Shown here piece after piece: positions 42,131 to 56,444 of a DNA stretch of 64,000 nt (position 1 is its first letter; the number at the start of each line of letters is the position of its first letter). The stretch spans positions 2,232,001 through 2,296,000 of the forward strand of contig JASVEC010000002.1 of assembly GCA_030770535.1 (NCBI GenBank). The letters run 5' to 3'. This DNA is from Batkoa obscura. Taxonomy: Eukaryota. The translations under genes and the position numbers were made by a program. The notes beneath the pieces were generated by a model. The model was given only the letters and a program-made list of their open reading frames with translations, did no database searches and was not told the DNA's origin.

Positions 42131-43447
42131 TTATTCTTCTTTAACTTCCCCACATTCTTCAATTTTAATAGTAGCCTATTTATTTAATAAAATAAAAGTT
42201 AATTTTAATTGATTTTATATGAAGTTCTATTTTAACAACTTACTTTAGTAGTACCACTGTTACTACCTAATTTCTCAATTTCATCTAAAGTTTCAAAACC
42301 GGATTCTAATTCTCCAAATACTAATAAAATAATTATTAAATATATATTAATTCTATTCTTATTCTAATTAGCTATTTACCAACATGACGACCATCTAACC
42401 TATTTTTGTTTTTGATGAATTTAATTAATATTCTATTATAATAGAATGTTATTATTAATTACCATGGAGCATCTTTAAATAAAATAAAGAATTGAGAACC
42501 ATTAGTATTCTAATTGGAAATTAATAAAATTATTAACGAATATTATTTAAAATTGTATTGACTTACAGGTCCAGCATTAGCCATACTTAATAAACCCTAA
42601 TAAAAAGTTCGAAATTCTAATATTCTATTAACATAATATATTCTTAATTTACTCTTTTGCTATGGTTGTGAATGAAATTTTCACTAAATAAAAGTAATAA
42701 AAGTAATAAAAGTAAATTTAATATACACTAATAAAATATTAACTAATAAAACTTACTCCTTAAATTTTTCGCCATAAATAGATAAACCACCAGTACCATT
42801 ACCACGAGTGAAGTCTTTGAATTAAAGTTTACTACTATCTTAAGTTGTAATTAATATATTGTTACTTACCACCACCTAAATAAAATAAAATACTATTAGA
42901 AAAAAAAGAAATATTATTACATTATTATAAAACCTACCTTGAGCCATGTAATATTATTAAAATTAAATAAAAAAATAAAGTTAAAGTCAATAATATATAA
43001 AATAATCTAATAAAATAATAAAAAAAGGATATAAAACCAGGGATAACACGATGACTATAAGAAAAAAAATCAAAATTAAAGGATAGCAAAAAGTAAAAGT
43101 TTTAAAACTTACAATACAGAACCTTTAAAAGTTAAATCATAATTGGTTCTTGAGCAACGTCCCTTTTCACCAGTACTATTATGAATTTATTGATTATCAT
43201 AAGGAAATAAAATTTAGTCAATGTTAAAATTTTACCATAAAGCTTTGAAATTTTCACTAGTTTTTGGTACATCCGAAAATAATTTAAAAGTTAATTTTCC
43301 AGCTTTATATAAAGAGAGAAAGAATGGGTAAATAAATTGTAGTAATAAAAAAAATAAACTAGAATATATTTGATTATTGATAACTAAATTATTACCTTTC
43401 TTTCCATTGATAGCAATTTGCATAAATACTTTGCTTGCTTGACTCAT
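42131..43447 (-). CDS. Cyclophilin-type peptidyl-prolyl isomerase (13 exons, including an AT-AC intron and 6-nt and 10-nt exons)
   Basis: Spliced product ...PKTSENFKALCTGEKG...[31 protein letters not shown]...LLSMANAGPNTNGSQFFI...WLDGRHVVFG. Confidence 0.93.
42948..43032 (-). other. U12-type (minor spliceosome) AT-AC intron, 85 nt
   Basis: Minus strand reads GGTTTT|ATATCCTTTT...CTTTAAC...AATATTAC|ATGGCTCAAG; removal restores the conserved [14 protein letters not shown]. Confidence 0.88.
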
Positions 43448-43833
43448 TTTTTAGATATATTCTTTTGATTGAAAGAGAATTATTTAGAAAATAATTAAAT
43501 GACGTTAAAATTTGAGTTTCAAAACAGATATGGGATTTTTTTTTAAAATTGATATTTGAAAATTAAGATTAAACCCAATGATAAATAATAAAGGGGACAT
43601 TTTAATAGTATAGGTTTAATAATTTAATTTGATAAATATATATATTAAAAAATCACTTAACAAATATAGATAGTTACTTTATTAAAAAAATAACAGTCTA
43701 TAAATAAGCTTGAAAATTTCACTTTGAAAATTCAGTACAATTTTAAATCTATTTAGTTTCATTCCCTATTTTACCTAAAATTTTATTAATAAATAAAAAA
43801 TAGTACATTTATAAATTTATAAATCTAAGCAAA

Positions 43834-43916
43834 GATCAGGTGGCCGAGTTGGTCTAAGGCGCCGTGTTAAGGCCGCGGTCTCTTCGGAGGCGTGGGTTCG
43901 AATCCCATCCTGATCA
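43834..43916 (+). tRNA. tRNA-Leu (anticodon AAG)
   Basis: Acceptor stem GATCAGG/CCTGATC, D arm GCCGAGTTGGTCTAAGGC, anticodon loop TTAAGGC, long variable arm, T loop GGTTCGAATCC. Confidence 0.95.
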
Positions 43917-44238
43917 TATATTGCTCATCATCCCTTTTGGATGACTTTTTTATTTTTCTATATTTAAGAATCTTCATTGAGAGTTTTATAGTCAACTTTT
44001 TAAATTATTATTTAAAAAAATATTATAAACTGATAAATTATATCACACCAAGTCATCAGAAGAAATTCAACTCATCCTATTTTATAATTTGAGCAAATAA
44101 AAGTGTGAATTTCAAAAAAAGAGGGATAAAAAATCCCAAATTTAGTAAAATTCAAAATGGTTCGATAACTCCCAGTTATAAAACTCAAAGTTCATTTTTA
44201 AAGTTCATTTTTAGTTTGAATTTTATTAACTACAAAAA

Positions 44239-45552
44239 ATGAGTAGCAAGCAACAATTTATTGACCATTTTGATCGATTAGCTGAAGACATTATCTCCGA
44301 AGTCAAAACGACTGGGATGAACGAAGAGAGTGTTGAATGGGTTAAAAAAATGTTATACCATAATGTACCCGGTGGTAAACTCAACCGTGGTCTCTCCGTT
44401 GTTGATACACTTAAAATTATCTCTTCCAATAACACCGAGAAAGAAATTGAACAAGCCATTGTATTGGGATGGTGTGTTGAATTTTTACAAGCTTTCTTTT
44501 TAGTTGCTGATGATTTAATGGATTCCTCTATCACTCGTCGTGGAAATCCATGTTGGTATAGAATGCCTGGTGTTAATACTATTGCTGTTAATGATGCCTT
44601 TATTTTGGAATCTTGTATCTATGTATTTTTGAAGAAATATTTCAAGACGGAAGATTATTATGTCGAATTATTAGAAGCTTTTCATCAAGTAAATTTCTAT
44701 GATATAATTATTTTATTAACCTTTAATTTTTTAACTTAGGTTTCTTGGCAAACGGAATTAGGTCAGTTAGTCGATTTACTTACTGCTCCTGAAGACGATG
44801 TCGATTTAAACAGGTTTAGTGTTGAAAAGTAAGTGGTTATTTATTATATTTATAGAGTTATACTTTATTATTTATTTATTTATTTATTTATTTATAGACA
44901 ACATTTTATTTCTAAATATAAGACTGCTTTTTACTCATTCTATTTGCCAGTTGCTTTAGCTCTTTATATGGTAAATGGATTATTTTTATTGACATTATAT
45001 GATATTGACACAAAATATTATGATAGAAAGGGATTAAAGATGAAGAAAGTCATAAAATTGCTAAAGATATTTTAATACCTATTGGTGAATATTTCCAAAT
45101 TCAAGTAAGTTACTATTAATATTAATATTATTTTATTTATTTGTTATTTTTTAATTTAGGACGATTATTTAGATTGTTATGGAGATCCAGAATTTATTGG
45201 TAAAATCGGTACCGATATTCAAGATAACAAATGTAGTTGGTTAATTGGTAAAGCACTATTAAAAGCTAATGAAGAACAAAAGAAAGTACTACATGTAAGC
45301 TATTTGTAATAGTAATTAAATAATTGAATTTTAAACAAATATTAATAGGAAAACTATGGTCAAAAAGATGATGCTAAAGCAACTATTGTTAAAGGAATTT
45401 ATAAAGAATTAGATTTAGAAAATGAGTATTTAACTTATGAACAAAATATTTATGAGGAATTAATTATGAAGATCGATGCTATAAGTGAATCAAACTTAAA
45501 ACCAGAAATATTTTCTACTTTCTTAAATAAGATTTATAAACGTACAAAATAA
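44239..45552 (+). CDS. ERG20: Farnesyl pyrophosphate synthase (6 exons)
   Basis: [75 protein letters not shown]. Confidence 0.97.
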
Positions 45553-45794
45553 AGTTTAATATTTAGCTTTTAATTATGATATTAGTATTATGTGTTTTAT
45601 TTTTGTTATTCTAAAATAGAATTTATTGTTCCATAGCTTATTAAATAAACCTAAAAATTTTCGAATATAAAACGTAGCCAATTAAATTGGATCTCGTGGA
45701 CTTTAGTTTAATCGACTAAAAGTGAAAATAAAATGGATTTAAAATAGTCAAAAATCAAACTAAAAGTTTTTTAAACTATTAATATAATAATAAA

Positions 45795-47947
<2,153 letters not shown>

Positions 47948-48106
47948 AATTAACAATTGGTTTTTATAAAATGATTTTTTATTCTAATTTTTCATTGATT
48001 TTTAGTATTCGCGTTAATAAAAATAGTTGATAAATGAAGAGAATTGATATGTTTTATCTATCAAAAAATACTTTTTACTATTTCGCCATTAGCTATAAAT
48101 CTATAT

Positions 48107-48207
48107 AGGAGTGTTTTTTTTGGTTTCATTGTTTTTTCCATTTTTTAAGTGCTATTTGAGTCGAGAGATCGTTAGTAAAATTCTCAAACATAAAAACACC
48201 CCCCCCC
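48107..48207 (+). mobile_element. MITE, orientation A, TSD ATAT
   Basis: ATAT|AGGAGTG...CACCCCCCCCC|ATAT; matches the family. Confidence 0.85.
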
Positions 48208-48536
48208 ATATATTAATCATTTTTTCAAATAGTACTATTTGAAGTATAAATAATTTACATATTAAACCTAGTTAATAGAAAATTGGAATTTAACCTACTA
48301 AATGTTTTATTTAGCATCAATTAATAAAACAGAGGTACAATTTAGCTGGATAATGTTTGAAAAAAATGACAAACATATAATTCAAACCTTAAATTAATAA
48401 TATTAAAAATGCTCTTGATTTATCTTTTGATACTACTTTAAAATTCATAGCTCACTAAGTCATTTTAAACATACTTGAGATGCTTAATAGAGTTGTGATT
48501 TATATACTCTCAAAACCAGTATGGACAGTTACATCG

Positions 48537-48608
48537 GGTTCCATGGTGTAATGGTTAGCACCCAAGGTTTTGATCCTTGTAATCCGAGTTCGATTCTCGG
48601 TGGGACCT
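48537..48608 (+). tRNA. tRNA-Gln (anticodon TTG)
   Basis: 72 nt; acceptor GGTTCCA/TGGGACC, anticodon stem CAAGG/CCTTG with loop TTTTGAT, T arm CCGAGTTCGATTCTCGG. Confidence 0.95.
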
Positions 48609-49767
48609 TTAATTTGTTGAAACACATTTTTGCTTACTATTTACAAATAGGGTTTATTATAACATAATTTGTAAAAACATAGTATATAGTTATTTTTTAA
48701 ATTAATTTTTATTGCAATGTTTTGGATGTTTTTTATTACTGTGAACTATTATTTTGATAAAATTATACATATCTTTTATTTAAAGTTATAAGCTTAAGTT
48801 AAAATGAAACTATTGTAAGCAGTTCAGATAATACTAACGTGAATTACCATTTATAAGTATTAATAAAGCCAATCTACTATTGCAGCTTTTATTATCAATA
48901 TGTGTGGTAAAGAGGCAGTGTTTGAAATAACAAAATGGTGTTAAAACTTGATCGAAAATATTAAAAAATTACATTATCTACTAAATTTCGAATACCAAAT
49001 AGGTATAAATTTGTTTTGAAGACCTTTTATTACTATTTTAAAGTATCAAATCAATTTTTTGTTAACCTTATTTTTTAATACTAATATTTAAGCATATTAA
49101 GATAAAATATGTGATAGTAAATGTAAGGTAATTTGTATTTAAATACAAGTTGCTTTAGAAACTGTAATAATAACTAAATAAATCACAATAGCAACATTAA
49201 CTTTTTTTCGAAGCAAATTATTAAATCATCTGAAATTAAATACAATACATAATATTATTTTTCAATAAAATTAAAATGATGGTAAAAATTAATTAAAGAT
49301 AAAAATTTAATACATTACTATCAAAGTCACATTTAAGCTATAATAAGATTAATAAATTAATTATGTAAATATTATATCAGTTATCATTTAAAATTAAAGA
49401 CTATTATTATCATGTTATAAATAAATATTTAAGCTATTATTACTTTAAATATTTGTGTATAATTTTAAATATACTTTGAGTCTTATTTTTAAGTTTATTT
49501 TTAGCATTTTATCACCACCAATCAATAAATATACATAATTTCTAAGAAATTAATTTCATTACTAAAAATAACATTTATTACGCAAAAATAAAAAAATAGC
49601 GGAAGATTACAATTTAAAATTAGAAAACATCTAGAATAAATGATAATATTAGTTATATTTGTTATATTGTTCTATAAAGCTCAAATATAAGAAATGATAT
49701 AAATACCTTAAGAAATATAACATAATTTTATATCAAATTTAAATCAATAATAACAATTATAATAATA

Positions 49768-50607
49768 ATGCAATTATCTTACTCTTTCCTCACTTTACTT
49801 GCTATTGCTAGTACTAATTCTTATGCTATTACTTCCAACAATCATTTAGCTAGAAGAGCATTTGGTCCTATTGCTATTGAATGTAAATATGAATCAAGAT
49901 TACCTCAAGCTACTACTGAACAAGCTTTCTCAAACATCATGGATGATTGTAATAATGCTTACAGCACCCTTTTAAACAGAGACCCATCCCAACAAAATGC
50001 TATCGCTTTACAAAATGAAATTGTTGCCATCAAGGAAAACTTTGCTAAATATAAAGACAATTATTTCTTAACCCATCCAACTGATGGTAATGGTGGTGTT
50101 AACCCACCTAAACCTGGTCAAACTATTGTACAACGTTGTAATATGGAAGCTAAAATCTCAACTGTTCAAAAGAGAGAAGATTTTGATCCTATTTTAGCTT
50201 CTTGTAGTACTGCTTATACTGAATTATTAAATGCTGATCAAAATAGACTTAATGAACTCAATACAGAATGGTTAAAAGTTCAAGATAGAATCAAGGTAGC
50301 TCAAGAAGAGTTTGCTAAAACTCATCCACCTTCTGGAGGTAATAATGGAGGTAATAATGGAGGTAATAATGGAGGCAACAATGGAGGCAACAACGGACAA
50401 AAATCAGATGATATTACTAAAAAAGTCAACTTTAATGATCGATTAGCTAAAGCCCATTCTTACTTAGATTTTGATATTTTAATCCAAGATTGTAATGTTG
50501 CTTTTGTTACCCTTAATACCGATTATACTAAAACCGTCAAACTCCAAAATGAACTTGAATATTTAAAGGCTAAAGTTGTTAAAGCTAAAGCTGAATTCAA
50601 ACCTTAA
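49768..50607 (+). CDS. Secreted protein of unknown function with three internal repeats, copy 1
   Basis: Intronless 279-aa ORF; signal-peptide-like N-terminus, RR dibasic site, three ~65-aa repeats, (GGNN)n linker. Confidence 0.85.
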   Translation: MQLSYSFLTLLAIASTNSYAITSNNHLARRAFGPIAIECKYESRLPQATTEQAFSNIMDDCNNAYSTLLNRDPSQQNAIALQNEIVAIKENFAKYKDNYFLTHPTDGNGGVNPPKPGQTIVQRCNMEAKISTVQKREDFDPILASCSTAYTELLNADQNRLNELNTEWLKVQDRIKVAQEEFAKTHPPSGGNNGGNNGGNNGGNNGGNNGQKSDDITKKVNFNDRLAKAHSYLDFDILIQDCNVAFVTLNTDYTKTVKLQNELEYLKAKVVKAKAEFKP

Positions 50608-51228
50608 CTTCATAGTTTAAACTGTATATAAATGAATATGTATTATAATAAACTAATTTCAATATTGTTAACTATTTAACTACTTTTTTATTTATTTTTT
50701 CAAAATAAACCAAAACGTATCATCCCCTGTTATAATTCATTGTTTTTTTAATCTGCTTTTAATGACTTTATTAATAAAAAATGATTGACTATACTTATAA
50801 CTTTTTTACTACCTGATAAAATATATATTGTTGATGTTTTTTTACATTAAACTAATGGATTATATAAATCAGTCCATTTTTGTAATTAATATGATAATAT
50901 TCATACAAGTAATGAGGCAAAAGATTATCATTTTAACTTTGATTTTAGTAAAAGTAGTTTGACTACTATTTAAAAAATATCTATTTTATAATATCCATGG
51001 CTTGAGTATGTTGTTATATTGATTAAAAGGTTGCTTGAAATAAAACCTTAAAATTTATCAGAGCTAATTAGCTATGAAGTATTTATAATGTTCAACATAA
51101 TAGCAAGAGCTCAAATGCTTTTAGTTTTAATTTGTCATATAGTTTTTATAACGTTAATTTTATACTACTCAATTTATTTTTCATGGTGTTAGATCCCCAT
51201 AGTAAACTACACAGTTAATTCATTAAAT

Positions 51229-51320
51229 GGGGATTTTTTTGGCTTCGTTATCTTTTCCATCTTTTAAGCACATTTGAGCGGAAAAATTAATAAAATTCTT
51301 AAATACAAAAATACATCCCC
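51229..51320 (+). mobile_element. MITE, orientation A, TSD AAAT
   Basis: AAAT|GGGGAT...CATCCCC|AAAT; the non-palindromic duplication confirms a 4-bp TSD. Confidence 0.9.
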
Positions 51321-51907
51321 AAATGTTAGCCTCTAAATTTAGTAATTAGTTTTATATAAAAATGTTCTTATAAGAGTGATTCTTAATTAAAGTAAAATAA
51401 ATTTCAGGATCTTCTAACTTGTAAAATACTACAAATACCATATACATGGATCCATTTAATGTATCGTTACACTGATCAAAACAACATTAAAATTACGATA
51501 GTGAAAAGAAACTACTTATTAGCAACCTCTTTACTTTATTTTAATGTTATTGTTATCCCTGTTTAGTAGGAAGCTCACTAAAGAGTAGAAACGAGATATG
51601 TCTCGCTCATCCCCTTTAAATACACTAATAATAAGAGTAGCCTTGATTGTATTTTTACATTTCTAATTGGGTTTTTTTAAATAATTTGATCTCTTAAACT
51701 CACTGACTGAAATATTTATTTCAGTTAAAACACTTGGAACTAACGCTTTATAAGAAAAATAAATATCTTATCAATCTTTTTGGCCATACAATTAGTGCTA
51801 ATAAGAATGTTTTAAAAAAGTAAATAAAAAAGTAGTTAAATAGTTAACAATATTGAAATTAGTTTATTATAATACATATTCATTTATATACAGTTTAAAC
51901 TATGAAG

Positions 51908-52747
51908 TTAAGGTTTGAATTCAGCTTTAGCTTTAACAACTTTAGCCTTTAAATATTCAAGTTCATTTTGGAGTTTGACGGTTTTAGTATAATCGGTATT
52001 AAGGGTAACAAAAGCAACATTACAATCTTGGATTAAAATATCAAAATCTAAGTAAGAATGGGCTTTAGCTAATCGATCATTAAAGTTGACTTTTTTAGTA
52101 ATATCATCTGATTTTTGTCCGTTGTTGCCTCCATTGTTGCCTCCATTATTACCTCCATTATTACCTCCATTATTACCTCCAGAAGGTGGATGAGTTTTAG
52201 CAAACTCTTCTTGAGCTACCTTGATTCTATCTTGAACTTTTAACCATTCTGTATTGAGTTCATTAAGTCTATTTTGATCAGCATTTAATAATTCAGTATA
52301 AGCAGTACTACAAGAAGCTAAAATAGGATCAAAATCTTCTCTCTTTTGAACAGTTGAGATTTTAGCTTCCATATTACAACGTTGTACAATAGTTTGACCA
52401 GGTTTAGGTGGGTTAACACCACCATTACCATCAGTTGGATGGGTTAAGAAATAATTGTCTTTATATTTAGCAAAGTTTTCCTTGATGGCAACAATTTCAT
52501 TTTGTAAAGCGATAGCATTTTGTTGGGATGGGTCTCTGTTTAAAAGGGTGCTGTAAGCATTATTACAATCATCCATGATGTTTGAGAAAGCTTGTTCAGT
52601 AGTAGCTTGAGGTAATCTTGATTCATATTTACATTCAATAGCAATAGGACCAAATGCTCTTCTAGCTAAATGATTGTTGGAAGTAATAGCATAAGAATTA
52701 GTACTAGCAATAGCAAGTAAAGTGAGGAAAGAGTAAGATAATTGCAT
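51908..52747 (-). CDS. Secreted protein of unknown function with three internal repeats, copy 2 (identical)
   Basis: Translation identical to 49768-50607. Confidence 0.85.
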   Translation of the reverse strand: MQLSYSFLTLLAIASTNSYAITSNNHLARRAFGPIAIECKYESRLPQATTEQAFSNIMDDCNNAYSTLLNRDPSQQNAIALQNEIVAIKENFAKYKDNYFLTHPTDGNGGVNPPKPGQTIVQRCNMEAKISTVQKREDFDPILASCSTAYTELLNADQNRLNELNTEWLKVQDRIKVAQEEFAKTHPPSGGNNGGNNGGNNGGNNGGNNGQKSDDITKKVNFNDRLAKAHSYLDFDILIQDCNVAFVTLNTDYTKTVKLQNELEYLKAKVVKAKAEFKP

Positions 52748-55700
52748 TATTATTATAATTGTTATTATTGATTTAAATTTGATATAAAATTATGTTATAT
52801 TTCTTAAGGTATTTATATCATTTCTTATATTTGAGCTTTATAGAACAATATAACAAATATAACTAATATTATCATTTATTCTAGATGTTTTCTAATTTTA
52901 AATTGTAATCTTCCGCTATTTTTTTATTTTTGCGTAATAAATGTTATTTTTAGTAATGAAATTAATTTCTTAGAAATTATGTATATTTATTGATTGGTGG
53001 TGATAAAATGCTAAAAATAAACTTAAAAATAAGACTCAAAGTATATTTAAAATTATACACAAATATTTAAAGTAATAATAGCTTAAATATTTATTTATAA
53101 CATGATAATAATAGTCTTTAATTTTAAATGATAACTGATATAATATTTACATAATTAATTTATTAATCTTATTATAGCTTAAGTTAATTTTAGAGCTATA
53201 TGTAATAAAGACCAAATTGTACTTTTTCTATCCACACAATAAAAATAGATTTTTGAAGATATTGTTGAATTTTCTAGAAACTTGAAAGAATTGATTATTT
53301 AGGTTTGTATTGAATAAGGGCAAGGGATTCTATTACTCACACTATACAATATATACAAATGTATTTTGATCTTTATATGCCAATTTGTTATAACAAATAT
53401 TACATCAATTCATGTTTTTTTACGTCTATTTTCAAATAGAAATCGATATAATTATATAACTATAATAATATAAATTTACTAACGTATAAAAATCATACTT
53501 TCACATAAAATAAATAATTAAAAAAAACTTGTCATTAAAAAACTCAAGAATAAAAACTACTTTTATAACCAATATCCTTTCAATTTTTATTTTCAAAAAA
53601 AAGTAATCGAACGTATAGACTGAAATATGAAAAAATAAAAGGTGTATTTACCATACTTCCAATAGAGTTAATAACACATAAATCAAATTAGGACATTAGT
53701 TAGCTTTTGAAAGTAAAGAGCTATACACTATATTTCCTACACTTAGCCATCTTTTCCCTAGAATTCCATACTTGCTTACTTGCTTTTTGTATTCCAATAT
53801 AGAAGAGGCTTACATTTATGTTTTTGTTTACTATTAGCTACTAGTACCAATAGACAAGATGAATATTGTATTATTTTTAATTTAGTTTATTAAAGAAATA
53901 TACTTTAACTTACATCGTGGTTCATCCTTCTAACCTCAATTTACTCAATATTTTTGAGAGCTCAAATGTAATGATATAGTTTTATCAGTATTAACATGTT
54001 ATTTTTGGATGGTTTTTAGTGATGCGAATTTGTGAACTATCTCCTTTGTTGATGTTTTCAATGTTGATTTGGGATAGTTTTAATCCTTCAAGTATTTTTA
54101 CCTTTTTTTAAACAAATAAAAATAAAAACCTTGAATTGGGTATTATATTAAGTTTTGAATGATTCAATGAAATTTTTTTATATAAAACAATATAAATTTA
54201 TTGTAATATGTAGCGAGTTTTACCATACTTATAATGTTTTAAGAGTAGCATCATTGCCAAAACTCATTCATCTTGATATACGATGCTAATACTAAAAATA
54301 ATTATGTACATATGAATAACAAAAATAATAAATAACAATAGTAGTAGAAAACGGATGCAAATAATAATATAATTTTTAAAACTAATTGCTGTTATCAATT
54401 TTGACTTCCTCAATACAAAAGGTAACTTTTTCAACATTTCAGACAACTATAAAGAAAGACCCAGCTTATAATTTCATTTTAAAGAAAATGAAACTCAGAA
54501 CTTATATACTAAGAATTATAAGGAGTATAAGTTAATTTAATGATCTCGAATGGGTGGTACAACACATCACCAATATAATAGAGAATGTTATAGCCTCACA
54601 GTAAAGACGCACTTAAAGTTACAATTGTAATTTCTTGTCAAATTGTAACTCAAAAAGAGCTCAAAGTGAAAGTCAAAAATAGTTACTTGAGTTTGAAAAT
54701 CGAACTGATAGTTGATTAATAAAAGAGGACCAATTTTAATCCACTCTCAGTAATAAAAATAAGTGTTATTTTAATCAATATCCTACTTGATTTTATGTGT
54801 ATGAAATCTTTTAGTAAAAACAAATTTAGTTTATATTAAAAAATAGTAATGATACTAATAGTTAGTTAATGTCAGGATAATTTGTATTTTACTTTTTTAA
54901 AATAACAAAACAATAAGGGTATATAAAATAACTTTAATTAGTTAATATAATTACGATAAACATGCTTTTTACATAATTTGCAATATAGCTTTAATCATTT
55001 TATAGTAGATTAAAATCTATTAATATTTTCCTATTTTTAAGCCATACAAAAGCTTTAGTTTGTTTCAGAAAAAAACTTTATAAAGCTCTGTATTAAAGAA
55101 CTCATATTTAATATGGAATAATTTTATGAAGTTAGCTATAAGATATTAACCTAATATATAGAGAATATCAATTATTTCAATATTGTTTTGTTACTGACAA
55201 TGATGTATGATTTAGATTCTATTTAATGTTATGTAGTGCACAGCACAAAAAAAAATCAAAGTCATACTTTTTTCAAAAACATATAATATAGGATAATCTT
55301 CAATGATAAATAATACTTTGCGCTTCTTTTTCTAGAGAGACTCATGTTCAAATTGGTTAAAATAGTACTATTGTTGCTTCTTTCAACCTCACCTTTTGTC
55401 CTCACAAAATTATTTTAGCATTTGTTTAGCAACTGAATTTATTTTATCCTTTTTTTTTCTTCTTTTATCGTTACCTTTGAAATGACAGTATGAATTTGTA
55501 CTGATTCATATTTGAGAAGTTAGAGCAACTCACTAATGAATTAATATAAGAAAGAAAGATTCTCCTCATTTTAAGTTCTAAGTAAACAGACTATTGAGAA
55601 TCTTTGACTTCAATGTATTTCTGTAAAAAAATACGCTAATTAAATAATTATTCATTAACCCAAATAAAGTAATATAAATTAGAAAGCTTTATTATAATAG

Positions 55701-56444
55701 TATTTGAATGAATCATCAATAAAAAAATAAAAAGTCACATAACAATAATATATTCTCAATATTTCAGTCACTCAATAAAAAGGTATCAGATATTTACTAT
55801 TTTTATATAAGAAGTTATTATCTAATAATAATAATATGCTATCATGTTGTAACTCATTTAATATTTAAACTAATTAAGTAAATTTAATTTCCTTTTTCAA
55901 CAAAATTCAATTTTAAATAACGCAATATCAGGTTTTGAAGCTATTTTTTGAAAATTACTATTTTTAGCAAGCAACTTATCAATTTCAAATTTAAAAATTG
56001 ATGGGTAATTGGATCATCAACAAGATATTTTTTATTAAAACTAATATTTTTAATTTATTTTATTACAGCTTGATATTTATTTTATAAAACTTTGCCAATA
56101 GATATACGTTAAATATATATTAATTTTAAATTTTTCAATTAATATGTTTTAATCACTATTAAATTAGTTAACTAATGAATAATAGGCACATTAACAAATT
56201 GAGTATTTAACTTTACCAATTTGAAAAAAACATTAATTCAACACATCAACAGCCCAATTTTCAATGAAAAAATTAATTGAAGATATTGAATTACTTAAAT
56301 AATGTTCATTTAATCAACGTAATATTAATAATATATATAAACATATCAAAATTAATGTTATAAACTATTGTAGAATGAAAAAAAGTATATAAGCAAGATA
56401 TAATAAAGTTAATGTGAAATAAATATTTATCAATATTAAAAAAA

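Larger units (their letters stand above)
49333..53182. repeat. Large inverted repeat: arms 49333-50694 and 51821-53182 (1362 bp each), spacer 1126 bp
   Basis: The arms are reverse complements with no mismatch seen; outer boundaries fall on TTAA. Confidence 0.95.

Noticed and set aside
53200..56400. Gene-free stretch with short ORF 54264-54446
   Set aside because: No recognisable protein, repeat or RNA structure.
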